Counted from the first letter of the stretch, positions 25,946-41,209 are shown. The stretch: 64,000 nt of DNA from Antedon mediterranea (GCF_964355755.1 NC_092672.1:34726437-34790436); one strand, 5' to 3'. Translations and numbers: made by a program. Notes: generated from the letters alone by a model not told the origin.

Positions 25946-27018
25946 AATGGGGACAGTAAATAATGTGTTTTGTATATCCTATTTGGTTCTTGCGATTGAA
26001 GTTAAGTATCATTTAAAGTGACAAAGTTTTGCGTCTTTCATTTTTAAACGTTTATTTATGAGAAATATTTATTCCATTACCTCCTTATCGAAGTAAAAAT
26101 CTGCAAAACGATAATTGTAACACTAAAAGTTAAATAACGTGTCAACGTTGATGAGTTATGAGAAATAAATAAACGTTTATTTCAATTTTTAAAACGCAAT
26201 GTTAACCTTGATACATCCAATAAAAATCAATCATTTTTTACTGATTTCTATTCTACGAATATGAGGTTTTTATGCGAGGAAAATGTAATAACACATTCAC
26301 AAATTATATTTAATTTTCCTCAAGAAAAATGTTGTTTATTTTGTTAGTTTAAGGTCATAAATGTATATTATGTATTTATAATATTAAAATAATATTCGAA
26401 AAATTCAAATGAATGTTGCATGATTGACAAATTTTAATTAAATTCGTGCGAGTCTGATAATTGAAATTGATTTTAAAAATAAAATAATAAAAATGAATGT
26501 GCTCCTTCAGCATTTGGATGGCTGCAGATAGTATCTTTGTTAGTATCTGAATAGCTGTTAAAGAAATAATAGTGTCGTGTGTTGCGTGATGGCTGATTGC
26601 AAACAAAATAATAGGCCTAGACACAACATCTTGTTTCTCATCAAACAAAATAAAGACAATTAAGAGATATTTGGTAGTCTTAATTCTTAACTTCAAGTTA
26701 AGACAATGCACCTCTACACAATGCAGTGGTATTGGCAAAATCAAATAAATTTTGCTCAATAGTTAAAAAGTTATCTCTTCTTGTAAAGAAATACTTTTTT
26801 GACCGTTTGAGTTTACTGTGAAATGTATTTGTTATTATTTAACATAACATTTTATAAATTACCTTTAGATTTACTAAATTGTGTTTCAAGTTTTATCCAA
26901 GGAAACTCATTCAATAATATTTATCTTTTAAATTATCTTTAGTTTAGTAAGATTTACTGAAATGTGTTTCAATTTTTATCCATAGAAAGTTATTCCATAT
27001 TTTATCTTTTTTTCACAG

Positions 27019-27286
27019 ACGAATGTTTCCAACTTTTCGAGTGAGTATTACGGGTATGGATCCACACGCTAAATACATACTTCTAATGGATATCGTACCT
27101 GTAGACGATACCAGGTACAAATACCACAATTCTGAGTGGGTAGTTACTGGTAAAGCTGAGCCACACATGCCAGGGAGACTCTACATCCACCCGGACTCAC
27201 CAGCTACTGGTGCTGTCTGGATGAAACAAGTGGTTGCTTTCAGTAAGATGAAACTCACCAATAATAACTTGGACCAACATGGACAT
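27019..27286 (+). CDS. tbx6: Tbx6/16-like exon 3 (T-box core RMFP...LDQHGH), 268 nt
   Basis: Acceptor tttcacag| and donor CAT|GTAAGT; motifs RMFP, YIHPDSP and KLTNN. Confidence 0.97.
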
Positions 27287-30200
27287 GTAAGTTTATTATT
27301 TTTAGTTCTTCTTCCATATTTGGCTTGCTTTTTGCTATTTCTGGCTTACTACACGGAAAAGGTAGTTTTAGTGAATATATTATTTTTTACATGACAAAAA
27401 TACTTTAAAGTAAAGAAAGTAAAGCGGAGTGGAGTGGATGAGGCAATCATGTGCTACGAGAGTTTTCTAATAATAGAAAAAAAAAATAGACATGAGTGTA
27501 GATGTACTGTAACTACTATTTGCTTCTTCATCAAATCTAAGTAGCCACTAGCTACAATAATTAGGCTATACCGCACGTTTCTACTTAAATATGCATATGA
27601 AAGTTTCATCATTCGTTTTCAAACTCCCTTGATCATAAGATATATAATTGTCAAATTACGTTCATTCAAATCTAATTATTGTCATGAAATATCCCAATAT
27701 TACCAATACCATGCTCATCAATGTATATACATTTCATAAACTTAAACTAAGTTCCCGAAATCAATTCGATTTCTCCAATATCGTGCAAAGTTTAAGATAT
27801 TGTCGTCAAACTACATGGCAACTGATTTCCCCAGACGACAGACCAGTCACAATTCCCGCCAATTTTCTCCCCTCACCAAATCGAAGTGGAACAGATTAAA
27901 TGTTGGAAGACCGTGTGCTTATCCAGCTGCCACTAGTAGCAGAACCCAGAAAGATTTACATCGAATGCAAGTGTTTGTCTATTAATTGAAGAATTAAAAT
28001 CTCCCTTCTGCATGGTAATCAGAACCCGGATGACTGACTTCAAAGACACCGATGCGGATTGATATCGAATATGTAATTGATGCTCTTCAAGTAAGCTAAC
28101 GATCTATTTTTACAGGGGACTTTAAGAAGAGGCTGTCCAGCAGACAATCAATATCTTATCGTACAACCTTGAGTTAACACATTCAAAACGTAGATTTCCA
28201 AATTAATTTCAATTTTTTATTCAATAAAAATTCACCAGGACAGGAAGTAATGAAAAACGAAATTCAATTAAACAACCCATGAATACTAATCTGAAATTAA
28301 TACATTAAAAATCATTTCGAATTTTTTTGATGAATAAAAACTGATGATATCGTAACATAAAGATGTTTGACATTAGGAAAATTAACATAGTTGTTAACCA
28401 AACGTAAATATTGAAATTATTTTTTAATTGGAAATGTGGAACCTGACGCGTTTAGAGAAATAACCTTCAATTTATATGTGTTTAAAAAAGGGATACATTG
28501 TTTCAATTTGTGCTCTGCAAGAACCAAACATATTGCTTAAACTTATTAATTGTTAAATACCTAAGTTCATTAAGTATCCTAAAATTAATTGCATTAATCT
28601 CCTTGTTACAAGACACTCATTCAAGCACACATAATTTAATCTGTGAAAGTAAATCTCCCAGTTCATGTTTTCCTATTGATTGTCTTGTTTTGTGCAACGG
28701 GCCTCGGGCATGCGCACAGTTCACTTCAAATCTCAATTACCTTTAACATTGTTTATATTGACTATTTTCAATTGATTAGTGAGTTGATCTTTGTTTTCTC
28801 AATTTAAAGATTACTTGCAAATCCTGTTAAGATCAACTTCAAGTTATTGTTCAATGCAAGCTGACATCACTATCCTGATTTCTATGAAAATGTGTTCACG
28901 AACAAATTGAAAGGCACTCCTTTATAAATCATCAGTTCAAATTTATAATAAACTATGATATAATTATTTTAATATTTAAAAACACAGATTAAGAAATCAT
29001 TACACTTTATTTATACTACATTATGATATATTTCTTTATAGGCCTCCTAGTGTACCGAATGCTGTTAACATTTCAATTTTTAAAAACTCAAATTAAGAAA
29101 GAAAACATTACAATTGATTAAAAATACACTATGATATATTTTGTTATTTATAGACCTGTACCGTAAAATGTGTAACATTTCAATTTTTTAAAGCAAGATA
29201 AAGATATAAGAAACTGTATTTGTCTTTGTAAAGAAAAAAAGAAATGTCGGTTGTCAGCAAATCCGATTAAAAATATACGTATACATAAACGGACTAAAAA
29301 ATGACAAAAAAGTGTAAAAGTCTTAGAAACAGTAACATTTAAAAAATCAAATTAAGAAAGGAAACATTCAAAACAAGAAGTTGTTTTTAAATTAAATTTT
29401 ATTTTTTTAAAGAAAACAAAGACATTTACTCGTCATCACCTTGCCATCTTCCACATTTAACGTCAGTTAATGTTTGAAAGATCTCATTTATACAATTTAT
29501 ACTTCTCATTTTTTGGTAGATATTTTTTGATGAATATACAATACTGTAAGAGAAAAATATTGGCCTAAAAAATAAGATTTTAAACTAATTAAAATCACAC
29601 CCCATCCCCCGCTGTCGAGTTTGTTTCAGGTAGTTTTTTTATTCTAATCTGAGTCCCGGGAAATATTTGTGTGCGCCCGAGCTCATCATGAACGCGCGCG
29701 ATGTCGACAAAAACCCCGGAGACGTATTGTCGACAGCAAGATTTCATGTTGCTTTAAATGAGCCTTGAAAAAAACAAAATAGTATCAGAGTTATTTCCCA
29801 TAAAAATCATAAAGTAGGAAATTGCCTTTTCAATCTAATCCTCAGAGCAATACTAAACTCGTAAATCACAACTATTAAAATTACCTAAAAGAATAAATCG
29901 TCGTAAAATTGAATTAATAATTTGAGATGTAATGAGGAAAAAATGGGATAGCAGAACTGGTAATGTTCTTTAGAAGCATGTGCCTTGCAAAATTGATTAT
30001 GAAATCCGTGATAAGTTCAAAAATTATTCCTCTATCAAGATTCTGTCAGTTACAAATGAGTAGTGAATCTTTCATGATTGTATTCAATTCGAAAACGTCA
30101 GATTCTGTATTACTTAGACTGATAGATTGAGGAAAAAATGCGATGCAATCACAGAACCAGATGCGTCCAGCCGAGAGCTTAGAAATCTCGCACGTGCTTT

Positions 30201-30584
30201 ACGTAGCGCGCGTCCCATAGGGCCGATTTACTCGATATAAAAAGTAATTAACGGTAACGTATTCTAAACCATGTTATAGAAATCACAACCTGGGTGTTTT
30301 AACCTGATCCGAGAGGTGTTCAATTTCTGTTTTAGGTAGTGCAGGGCGGTCCGCAAGGATTGCTCATTTTGCCAAATTTTGTTAAATCAATTAATAGCTA
30401 TCATTAACCGATATAGAATTTAATTTAGTCTTTCAAGCAAGAAATTGGCATTTAAGTTAGAACATTCATCATGATGTTTTCGTTGAATTAATGCAAAGAT
30501 TATTCTCGACGACGAAACTAGAATCGTCCTATAATATCATAAGTATCTCTTTTCTCGTTCACTAATATACTCTTACACTGCTAA

Positions 30585-30708
30585 AGCTCTGTCTACACTT
30601 ATCAAACTTTATGTGACAAAAATGTGATGTGCCCAAATATAGACATGATGATGTCATATTACTGTACTGCCATAGTTGTGGGCATATCACTACCATATTT
30701 GAACACAT
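30585..30708 (+). mobile_element. MITE-A, 3'-truncated
   Basis: Left TIR plus internal sequence; right TIR missing. Confidence 0.85.
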
Positions 30709-32690
30709 AATGCTAAGTACTTCCTCCAATCAATGACCACTGCCATCATGGGGATTGGTGGTGGGATGGGAGGGGGTTTGGGAAGGGGCCAGGTACATTA
30801 GCAGTTTAATTTGTTTTTTTTTGTCTACATTGATGGCAGGCCTACATGTTTGTGATCATCACGCACAATTTTAGGGGGATTGGAAATTGTTATTGCAAGA
30901 GAATTAGAAATTCATTTGGTCCTTAATTGGAAGCAATTTTTTTTTTGTTAAGGGAGATTAATAATTGCTAATATATTAGTATCGCTGTCTTACTTTATAC
31001 TTATTACAACTATTTCCGATACTAAGAAATTCAGTTCCTACCTAATGTACTATTGATTGGTATAATGAAAGGGGCTTGTACATCTGACATTCAATTAAAG
31101 CTTGTAAATATTTTAGACTTGGATGAATTTCTTTTGAAGTTGTTATTTTTCTGCTGTTACATAAAGAGTCGCTATCTTTGTTGACAACAATGACTTTACG
31201 TTCCAAAGGATAAGTTAAGTCCGGCGGCACGATTCTGAAGTGTTCTCAGTTGGATGTCTTTTTTATATTGTTTTCGTATTAATTCCACAGTTTTGGTTAA
31301 AAATGAATAAAACGATAAACTTTTATCTGTATTATGCCCTAGAAATGCGGTTTGTTCGTTGTTGTTTCGTAAGCTTTTTTGACGAATTTCACGCGAAGTT
31401 AATTTGATGTATTTGTACTGTAAACATTGTAGGACCGAAAACCACCATATCCTCAAAATACATTCTGGTATTCACTTACGCCTAGTATTTCTTATTTTAT
31501 AAATTTTAGAGTTTGCAAAAGCATATGTAACGAATCTTTTATTCTTTTTTTAAACAACACGTTTATTTACAGTACCTTTTCTAGGCCTAAAAAAAGTAGC
31601 CACACTTCTTCTAAACATATACATTTGTATGTTAAAGTCAAAATTTCTTTTCTATTAAAAACAAACATTTCTTTTAAACTCAATTTCTTTCACATCATAA
31701 GGCCAGGTGGCAACGGGCCAAAACAAGTTGTGAGTAAATAATGAGGGCGGGCTATCCAATTCCAAGGGACATTTAACCACTTTTCATCGGTTTGAATTTT
31801 GAACGCCATGGACTTTAATCGTTCTGATTCTCATATCCTGGAACTATACTAATACAAGCTAGCTTTGTAAAAGATCGAATAGATCACTACAAGCTTTAAA
31901 TGAGTCTGATTTCACTTTATCCAAGTATTGTATTAGTCTATGATAATAAAATCGCTGTAACCTACCACCAAATCATTAGCATGATTAACGACCGTGCCAT
32001 ATATCTCCTAGATTCGCTCTAATTAGGCCAATGTCCAATACGTTATCAAACGCATTTTTAGTCTAAAACTGTCTATCAAATAATTTAATAATCTACATAA
32101 ATTGAGAGCATTTTGAATGTATAAAAATGTATAATTGACCGACATCATTGATTAATGATGACATTGATAATGTTTACCAAGTTCCAACGCATCATTAAAC
32201 AACTTTTGTCTTTTATGGGACAATTTGACGTAAATATTACGTTTTTAGATGTAAATTTTGTTTAATTAACCCGGCCGTTGAGTGTCAATGCAATAAAGGC
32301 TGACACAATTCGATGGGTGAATTCGTGGGGTAATTACATCCGTAAAGATTATACCCAATTTCTAATAACATTTATTATTTTAATTGTTTTATATTTAATG
32401 ATTAATAGTCTGAATGTGTTAAAGGTTATACTCATATACTGGTATTTTATCCATTCATCAGTCGTAAACTATTTATCGCACTCATTTTCTATTATTCATC
32501 AATATTGTGTTATCTATCATATTATACTATATTTTGTGTGTACAAGGCGACAAACCCGGTCGTTAATGTTAAAATGTGAAACTTAAACCATGCTTTAGTT
32601 TGATAGTTTTAATTTAAACAAAAGGAATATAAATTTTAAAACAATTTTAATAGATTGTTAGATAATAATATAAAATATTATTTTCTTCAG

Positions 32691-32837
32691 ATCATCTTAA
32701 ACTCCATGCACAAGTATCAGCCTCGTTTTCACGTCGTGCAAGCTAATGACGTATTTAGCTTGCGTTGGAATTCTTTCTCAACTTACGCATTTCCTGAAAC
32801 AACGTTTATTGCTGTCACAGCGTACCAAAATGAAAAG
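32691..32837 (+). CDS. tbx6: Tbx6/16-like exon 4 ([29 protein letters not shown]...AVTAYQNEK)
   Basis: Acceptor ttcttcag| and donor AAG|GTAAAT; phase 0/0, 147 nt. Confidence 0.97.
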
Positions 32838-35295
32838 GTAAATAACTTCAACCGTTCATTATAATTCATTGATTTTATTTTCAGTTATATATACAGCACA
32901 ATGCTGTAATTAACGAAACGATAATTATAGTCGTCGGGCACGATCTAGTATATATTACGTCATTGTGTTTTAAAATTTGGAGTTAAGCTATTTATAATGG
33001 ACATGACGACCGGACAAAAAAAACCCAAGTAGTACCGAGGACTTATGGAATCAAGCACCACCGGTATATACACATACAAGCCTCTTTTAGACTACTAGTT
33101 ATTGTCTTGTTTAGTATTTTCCTGTCATTTGTTGTCTGTAAATTAGATCCCAGCTTAAGTATTATACGTATGAAACGTCAATAATGAAAAGCAACCGTTA
33201 ACTATTGATGTATGGATAAGTACGTATTCTGTTCGTGAATAAAGATTTACAACTACTAAACGTTGGTGGCGCTATTCTGGGTTGACAACACCGATCCCCA
33301 GATATTAAGTTACTACTGTATAATACATTACCTTGTCAATAAACCAGTTTGCATTTTGTCTTTTTAGCATAGCTTTATAGAACACTTTACATCTTTTACG
33401 TTTATTTACGTTAATCAATTTATACAACACGAAGCTCAAGTTTACTGGCAAAGTGTATGCATATTTAATGTGCTTTCACACACGTGCGAAAATTAATTTC
33501 GTTGCACAACTGACACGTTTTATTTATTTATTTATTACTGATAAATGTAGGCTGCAGTTTAAGGTCCGGGGAGTTCCAATCAAATTAATAATTAACAATT
33601 ACACGTCTATGTTAATATATCTGTTCAAATATTATCAACTAGGCCTTAAATATACTACGAAATTACATTAGAAATGTAGAATAAAAAGTGAAATGGTGAC
33701 ATGAAATCTATTTATGATCAGAGCACTAACATTAGTACTATTTTTTGTGGACCATTGCCTATATATTCAATTTTTTTTTAAATTCAAAAATATTTTATGA
33801 TTAAATAACATTATTAACCAATTTAATTTTGTATACAACGTTGTAGGAAAGACTTTAATAATGAATTGGTTTGTGGACCATTGCCTAGTATATATTCATT
33901 ACAGAAGCATCGTGAAATAAGGTTTATTTGCTAAAAATCACCGATGAATAAATTCTTAACAGATTAGGCCTACATGAACAGTTTGTGAAATATTTTGATT
34001 CGATATGTCTGCTTAAACGTTGTTTTTCTTTAGTAAATTGACTTACCATGGTTGTCTCCAGGTCTTGAAAACAGATAGTATCTGCTGGTCTTCAGCAGTC
34101 ATTTCCATGGATTAGACTATTTGTCTTCTTTAGCTTTCTTTCCTTTACGTTTATTTCGTTTATTTAAGAAATTCTCCACACATATAAAACATATATAGGC
34201 CTAATAATAATAAAAATCTAAATATATTTTCCCAGTTAAAAAATATATTCCAATATATTGCTAATGATAGTAATAGCAGTGGTAAATGCAAGTATGTTCA
34301 TTGAAATAGATTTGAAAAGAAACAAAAAAATGCGTGAGAATTATATTATGTAGACCTATGAGTTGTATTGTTTCTTCTCATTTCTAATTAAAATTAAATA
34401 TAATACATCATTAAAGACCGTGGGATTATTTAAATTCCTTGTTCTTTTAATACATCAATTATTTAAAAATAGTACTTTATTGTTACAATAGATCTTTAAT
34501 AGTCAATCAATGTAAACGTAGGTAATTAACAACACTTTAATTAATATTAGCTTCGTATATTCTGAGAAAACAATGTCACAATGGCTTAGCCATAGGGAAT
34601 TCGAGGACTAATAGACAATTTTAGAACACTCATTAAGGGTCCGTAATAATTGTGTAGAGTTTCACAAGTCCGAAGGCTGCTGAAGACAGCACCGACCTCT
34701 AAACATTCATTTGTTGATATTCTATTCACATCAATTTGAATATAATATAATTAATTTTGTTTTTTTTATATTATTTATTTTAGTTGTCATTTGATATGAT
34801 TCACTCGAGTAGATACTTTAGTAATTTATAATTTAGGCCTACTGGTGTTATTATTAGCCCTTATAAAACCTAAACAGATTTCTTTAAAAAAAATGATCTA
34901 ATTCAGCCCTGTAAACTTTTGATTATTTTTTAATATTCCGAATGTGAATAGTCTATTATATAGGTCTTAACAATTAACACTTGCATATATGCCTACGTGT
35001 TATTAGTGTTGTTTCTTGTTTAGGGTATGAATATATAATATATAAAGTACTATGAAGTAACGAATTTTTATTTTTGATATAATGAATCTTAATCTATGTA
35101 TATATGATTATTTTATATGTTATTGCTTTGGCCACATTATACTGTATTTGTATGGTAATATATTATATTTTTTAACTCTTTGATGACATTGTACAATTAA
35201 TATTAATAATGTTAATATTTAAAAATACACACTTTGTAAAATAGTTTACAAATCACTACACATTACATTTACTAAATTAATTTATAATAATACAG

Positions 35296-35363
35296 ATAAC
35301 ACAGTTGAAAATTGATCATAATCCATTTGCAAAAGGCTTTCGTGACAACGGAATGGCGAGAAG
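35296..35363 (+). CDS. tbx6: Tbx6/16-like exon 5 (ITQLKIDHNPFAKGFRDNGMAR)
   Basis: End of the T-box; tacag| acceptor and AG|GTAAGA donor. Missed by the ORF track. Confidence 0.97.
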
Positions 35364-36436
35364 GTAAGATCATATCTCTTTTATCCTAGCCGACAATTCA
35401 TAATTTTCTTATCATTCAACTTGTATAATTTCTAGCGTCGGGTGCTGAATTCGTTTAGTGCGTTTACCCAATAGGCGACGACGCGTTGAATCCAACACTT
35501 CAGGCCTAGTGCGGTACAGGAGTAAAATCCGCCTAGAATAGTTAATATAAATTAACGAATTTATCAAGTTTGACGATAGATTGGTATTATTTTTTAGCCT
35601 AATAGACAGTTGAGTATTAATAGTGACCGTAAATTACATAGTCCAAGGTTTAATGTAATGCATTTCTGGTGAACGAAGTATATAAAACATTGAAACCGGT
35701 CTATGTCTATGGAACGCTCGTAACCACACGGAAAACAGTACGTCATACCTTGTGTTTAAATTATTAATTAACTGGCGTATACATAATGAGTTGTTTTATT
35801 CTTAGTTGTATTTATCAAATATAATTCAATGCAAAATTACCGTACACATTTTGTATGAATTAATAACATTGTTAAACAATTTTGATGTTGGTATAAACAT
35901 ACGAGTATAGACTATACTGATACTGCTTAAACTTCAAAACAAATTCAAACACGGATATTATACACTGTATATTGATTTCTAACTTTGTCGCTGGTATCGT
36001 AACAAGAGTGACGTAATTATGCTGCTAATAATACTGATTATTAACAGGACGTTGGAGGAGAAACTTAAACACGAGTATAATACTGCTTAAACTTAGAAAA
36101 ATCAAACACGTACATCATATTCATTCATTTATTCATTCAATATTTTATTTCGGAAACTCTGGTCCATAGAAAGTAAAAAAATTACATATAAATTAAATAA
36201 AATAAACAAGATTAATTAGACCTATATACTGTATAATTATTAATTTCCGTTGGTATCGTAACTGTGACGTAATTATATTGTTCTGATTATAAATATTTTT
36301 TTATTAAGCAGAACATTATAAAACGTACAAAACCGCTGACAGCAATGTTCTCAGTGAAAGATTATAAAACGAGAAACAATCCATTTTTAATCGACAGTAA
36401 TTATAAATATAATGACGTTGTGTTCTTTTTTTTTAG

Positions 36437-36498
36437 GGAGTCACGATTAGCGATGAAACGTTCAGCATCCATTACTGACAGCGGTGACGAATCAAAAG
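36437..36498 (+). CDS. tbx6: Tbx6/16-like exon 6 (RESRLAMKRSASITDSGDESK)
   Basis: Strong polypyrimidine acceptor and AAG|GTAACT donor; phase 2 in and phase 1 out is exactly what bridges exons 5 and 7. Confidence 0.85.
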
Positions 36499-38658
36499 GT
36501 AACTAACTAACATCAATTTATCTTTGAAATACTCAAGCTGAAGCTATCTAATCGTCTTTGTATTAGCTTCGTGTTTTGTACGCCATTCACTCGGGGCAAT
36601 TATGCATATTCTAGGCATGCTTCAACGGGTGTGAAGCTACCGTGAAATAAAATCACTCAGCGCTAGCGTTTTCTAAGCCTTCCTTCTCTCTAGTGACTAT
36701 TTTCTTGTAAGTTTTAGTAGTCTTTATCAACCTTTACTCGTTGACAGATAACATATTCAATCTAGCCCATATGTATATGATATTTATCTTTGTGTAGTTG
36801 ACATGACAAGATATTTATATGTACAATAATATATATACTGTAATAATATATCCATAATAATAAATTCGTTCATGATATTAAATTATTAATATTATATATT
36901 CAGGCAAAAAAAAACCATTTTACAAAATATAATACAAATCAACAAATTAAATAATATGGTATGCAGTAACTGTGTTCATTTATTTCTAAATAATTTTATT
37001 TAATTTGTTTTTATTGTATTATTATTGTAATAATGTTGTACTATAATGCTAGGCCTATACTTAAATAGACCTCTGGATACCGCGCATATACATACTTTTT
37101 AAGCGGACACAATCGGGCGCGGCGAGAAAGTGTCCCCTTAATATATAATAATAAGATGTTCCTTAAATAAAATTGTCCCAAAGCGGTTCTGCAATTTTTG
37201 CTAAAAACCAAATAATTTATATACAGAACAAATGATATATTTTGTGTACGATATTTATATTTGTTATTATTTGAAAAAAAAATGGCATAAATTATCCTGT
37301 AAATTTAGAATAATATCAAGATCACTTTACTGTAATTGCTAAAACCAAACAATAAGTAAACAGAACAAATAATATATTTTGTGTAGGATATTAGGGAAGG
37401 AAAATGACATAGCATAGGCCTATATCTTATTCAAACTTATATCAGTAAAAAGATTGCTTTAATGAGCTAAAACTTAAGTTCCTTAAATTTCGTATTGTCC
37501 TAATTCTTACAAAAGAAGTAATTATTTTGAAATTATTTTCAATTTAGATGTCATATAGTTCATTGCTTAGTTCTTGTTTGTGCAAAATTCACGGGGGAAG
37601 GTGGCAGTTTGGTCACGTGCACTGTTCTTAATTCGTTCGAGTTGTTAACGAGCTTTAAATGAGCTAAATTGGCGTCATTTACAAGGCTAAATCGTACGCG
37701 ATTACAGACCGGAACGCAGCATCTGTGCGGTCCATGCACATAATGAACATTAAATAGACACGCGGAAAAAGCCACAATCGGCCGCCTCAATATCTATTTA
37801 CCTGCGTGTCTCCAGAGGATCCGATATAACAACATTGGATTATCTGGAGAACTAAACTTATTAATGACCATCGACTCATGACAAAATTATGCAAATTTGA
37901 TAGAATTTGTAAATAACTTGTAAAATATTTATCGAGTGAAGGTGTCAATTTTTTCGAGATGGCATATTCCAATTTTCTTGTTGTGCGTCGTCTGCATGTA
38001 AAACGGCGCGCATCGAATCAAGATCGAAATGATCTGTCAGAAAACAAGAGCTAATTTGTGTCGTATGTGACGATTGGGTTCTAGAGTGAGCAAGTAAAGT
38101 GTTAACGGATATTTTGGCTACAACTTGTAACTGATAGTTGTTCTCTTGATGGACTCATCATTTCTAGTGACAGCTTGGAGTCTAATACTGCCACCTTTTA
38201 TAATTAATCGGCTTGAATTTTGTCGCGGGACAGTTTTGTCTCTTATAAGTGTCTACATTTAAAAAAACATGATTAAGATTAACTCAGTAGTACACTGACA
38301 AACATTAACGGTCAGTAATGACATAATATCGTCTGCGCATATTACCCTCAACAATGTACTTTTTTAATATCCATTTATTTATTTATTTCAACAATATTTT
38401 ACGAGGGTGGTCCATCCAGCCGAAACTGATCATTAGGGACTCTCACACAATATTATTTATTTATTTCCCGCCTCGGCTGCTTTGCTTAAATGTCTCGGAT
38501 TGCTTTCCTCCAGGCCTGTCTGTTTTCTGCTATTCTCCAATACACAATGACAAGACTTAAACATGCAACAATTAAAATTAAATTAAAACATAATTTGTCT
38601 TTTAAATGCTATTCTATTAATGAAGATGTTTTATTTATCATATTTATGTTTTTTTCAG

Positions 38659-39563
38659 ATATTAATGATGAAGATCACATTTCACCAGATGATATTATAA
38701 TCAAGATAAAGAAGGAGAAATTGAACGAATCGAAAACGTCACTGACGTCACTGGATGATAACCAAAATAATTCAAATTCTTTGACGGACTTGAATCAAAA
38801 TGGCGTACGCAGTCCTCTTGCGGATGACGTGGTATTATTTGGTTGTTCGGCACTCGACTCGGAGGAACAGCAATTGCGTAATAGCTCTACGAATTCGGAC
38901 AATATGAGGGCGGGAATTGACGGAAGCAGGAACGACGATGATGACGACACAATCGGAAAAAATAGCCAGTCCCTTCAAACATTGCAAAAACCAAGACATA
39001 GTATGTCAAGCCCTAGTGGCATGGTTAACACATCAATGGGACAATGTGATTATAGCCAACAAAGTGCTGGAGACGGTGGTGTTGTTGACCAAATCTTTTC
39101 ACAGGACTCCGGCCTAGATGACGAATCGTCGTTAACGTCGGTGCAGCCGGCGACGGCGTTGGCAGTCGCACAAATGGCGAAAGAACCCCATGAATGTAAC
39201 TCTCGTCTGTCCATGTCTAGTATTCGACAAAACCAATGTATGATGCAAGGAATGAACCCGACGTTTCAGTCGTCATCCGGGATGTACATGCAATGTTCTG
39301 AGCCTAGGCAACACGTTATGCCGTCGTCGTTGTACAGTCACGGCAGTTACGCGCACGCATCGCCGTCGTCCTTCGCTCATATGCACATGCAACCAGCTCA
39401 CGCGAGGCACATGCAGCCGAGTATACCAACATGCTCAGCCATGTCGTCATTGCATCCGTCTCAGTTTTTGCACGGCGGACACACTACTATGGCCGACCAG
39501 ATGAACATGAACTTGCACATGTCGGGCCATTTCCCAGGACATGGTGTGAAATTTCCAGTTTAA
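38659..39563 (+). CDS. tbx6: Tbx6/16-like terminal exon 7 (acidic, Ser/Met/His/Gln-rich C-terminus)
   Basis: Acceptor tttttcag|, phase 1, open to TAA at 39561-39563; GC-richer than the flanks; AATAAA at 39855. Confidence 0.9.
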
Positions 39564-41050
39564 AAATGCGAAACTGAATCATGTAAAAATTGTAATATTG
39601 TATATGTCTGTAAAATTGAATTTGGTTGGGATGAGAAAATGAGACGTTTAATGCATCAATAATCATTTGTTGTTACTGATACAGTGCCAATGTAAATTAA
39701 ATTAAAGAAGAATTTATGCAACAATCGGGTTCTATTTCATGAGAATAACACATACATTGGTGTTAACAATAGGGTTGGGTAACATACTCTAATCATTCTT
39801 CAATATAACATAACAAATGTTTATTTCATATTTTAAAAAAGTCACCCATGAATGAATAAATATACTGCGCTGGTAAGGTTCACAATGATACGGAAACTTA
39901 TTGGCGCACGCTAAAAAAAGGCGTTGCATTTGTATCGGTAGTTGAACGCGCGCGACAAATTTGTAACTTTTCATCGAGATATCACTAAATATTTGCATAC
40001 AATTCGGTAAAATGATCATTTGAAAATGAAAAAAAGCATTAAGAATTTGCATTTTCAAATGACCGTAAATAATTTCGAAACTTATGTTTTTATATTAAAC
40101 CAGAACCAATGCGCGTGTAATGTATGACGTCATGGTTATTATTTAGTTCTTTGTAGACATTTTTCAAGTCTCTCTCATTCAATCAATTGAATATAATATT
40201 ATAACTAGACATTTTGTACTTAAGTAGTGCAATAGTAGGTAATGTTTGATTACCGTATAAATATCATTTGTTTTTTTTAATTGATGTTTGAACATTATGT
40301 GACAAGTTTGTACATACATCTCAGGGGTTTTGGAATTATTCTTAGCTTATTCATTTTGTAGTACAACTCATTTTATCCCCCGTTTTCTTTTTGCTGATTT
40401 ATTTTAAATCCCGATATTTTGGAATTTATTTGCCAAACTGTAATAGATAACTTGTAGGCGCGGGCCCTGCCTACACGAATTCAGATTATACTGTGTATGT
40501 ACTGAATATTATTCTCTCGTGTAAAGAAATTCGAGTACTTTTTTTTACAAAGTAGTGGTCCTCGCTTATCTTGAGGACGCCGAGGGTAGTTGATTAGTAC
40601 GAGAAAAAAAAACCACGTCGCCCAGTTGTATTCAAGGGTGCTATACCTAATTATGAGGGATTTTAGAGGGTTGTATTGTCCACGAAATTGAAGCTATAAT
40701 GAGAACTATTTACATATATAACACTATTTGTACGTTTCCCAAATATAATAGCATGTTTACAGTAATTTGAAAACATTTGACAAACTGCGAAATATTAATT
40801 GGAAAACTCTAAAAAATACTCTTTCAGAATTAAACTTAATTTTAATTATATAATGGGAAGCAAGTGGACATATTACTTAGGCTTGGCGGCTGGTATAAAA
40901 CAATAAGTTTGCGAACCAGAACGGTAGGATAACGCTAACTGCGTGATGACACTTTCTTTCCGTAAATTACGACGACTGAGCAAAAGACATGCGCTCGTGG
41001 TTGTATCGTGCGAACAAGTTCTCCTCCTACTGTTCTCTTTCGTAAACTAA

Positions 41051-41209
41051 AGCCTACACTATCACATTTTATGTGACAAAACAATGTGATGTGCCCATAT
41101 ATGGACATGATGATGTCATATCACTACCATATTTGGGTATATCACTACCATATTTGGACAGTACATCACACATTTTTTTTCAAGCTAGTTTGATAGTGTA
41201 GACAGAGCT
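41051..41209 (+). mobile_element. MITE-A copy with a small deletion in the left TIR
   Basis: Right TIR intact; TAA..TAA. Confidence 0.88.

Noticed and set aside
27287-27394. Hydrophobic, TM-like extension of the T-box ORF
   Set aside because: It is read-through past a canonical GTAAGT donor at the conserved intron position.
38490-38658. N-terminal 56 aa of the 357-aa ORF
   Set aside because: It is AT-rich intron sequence upstream of the acceptor at 38658.
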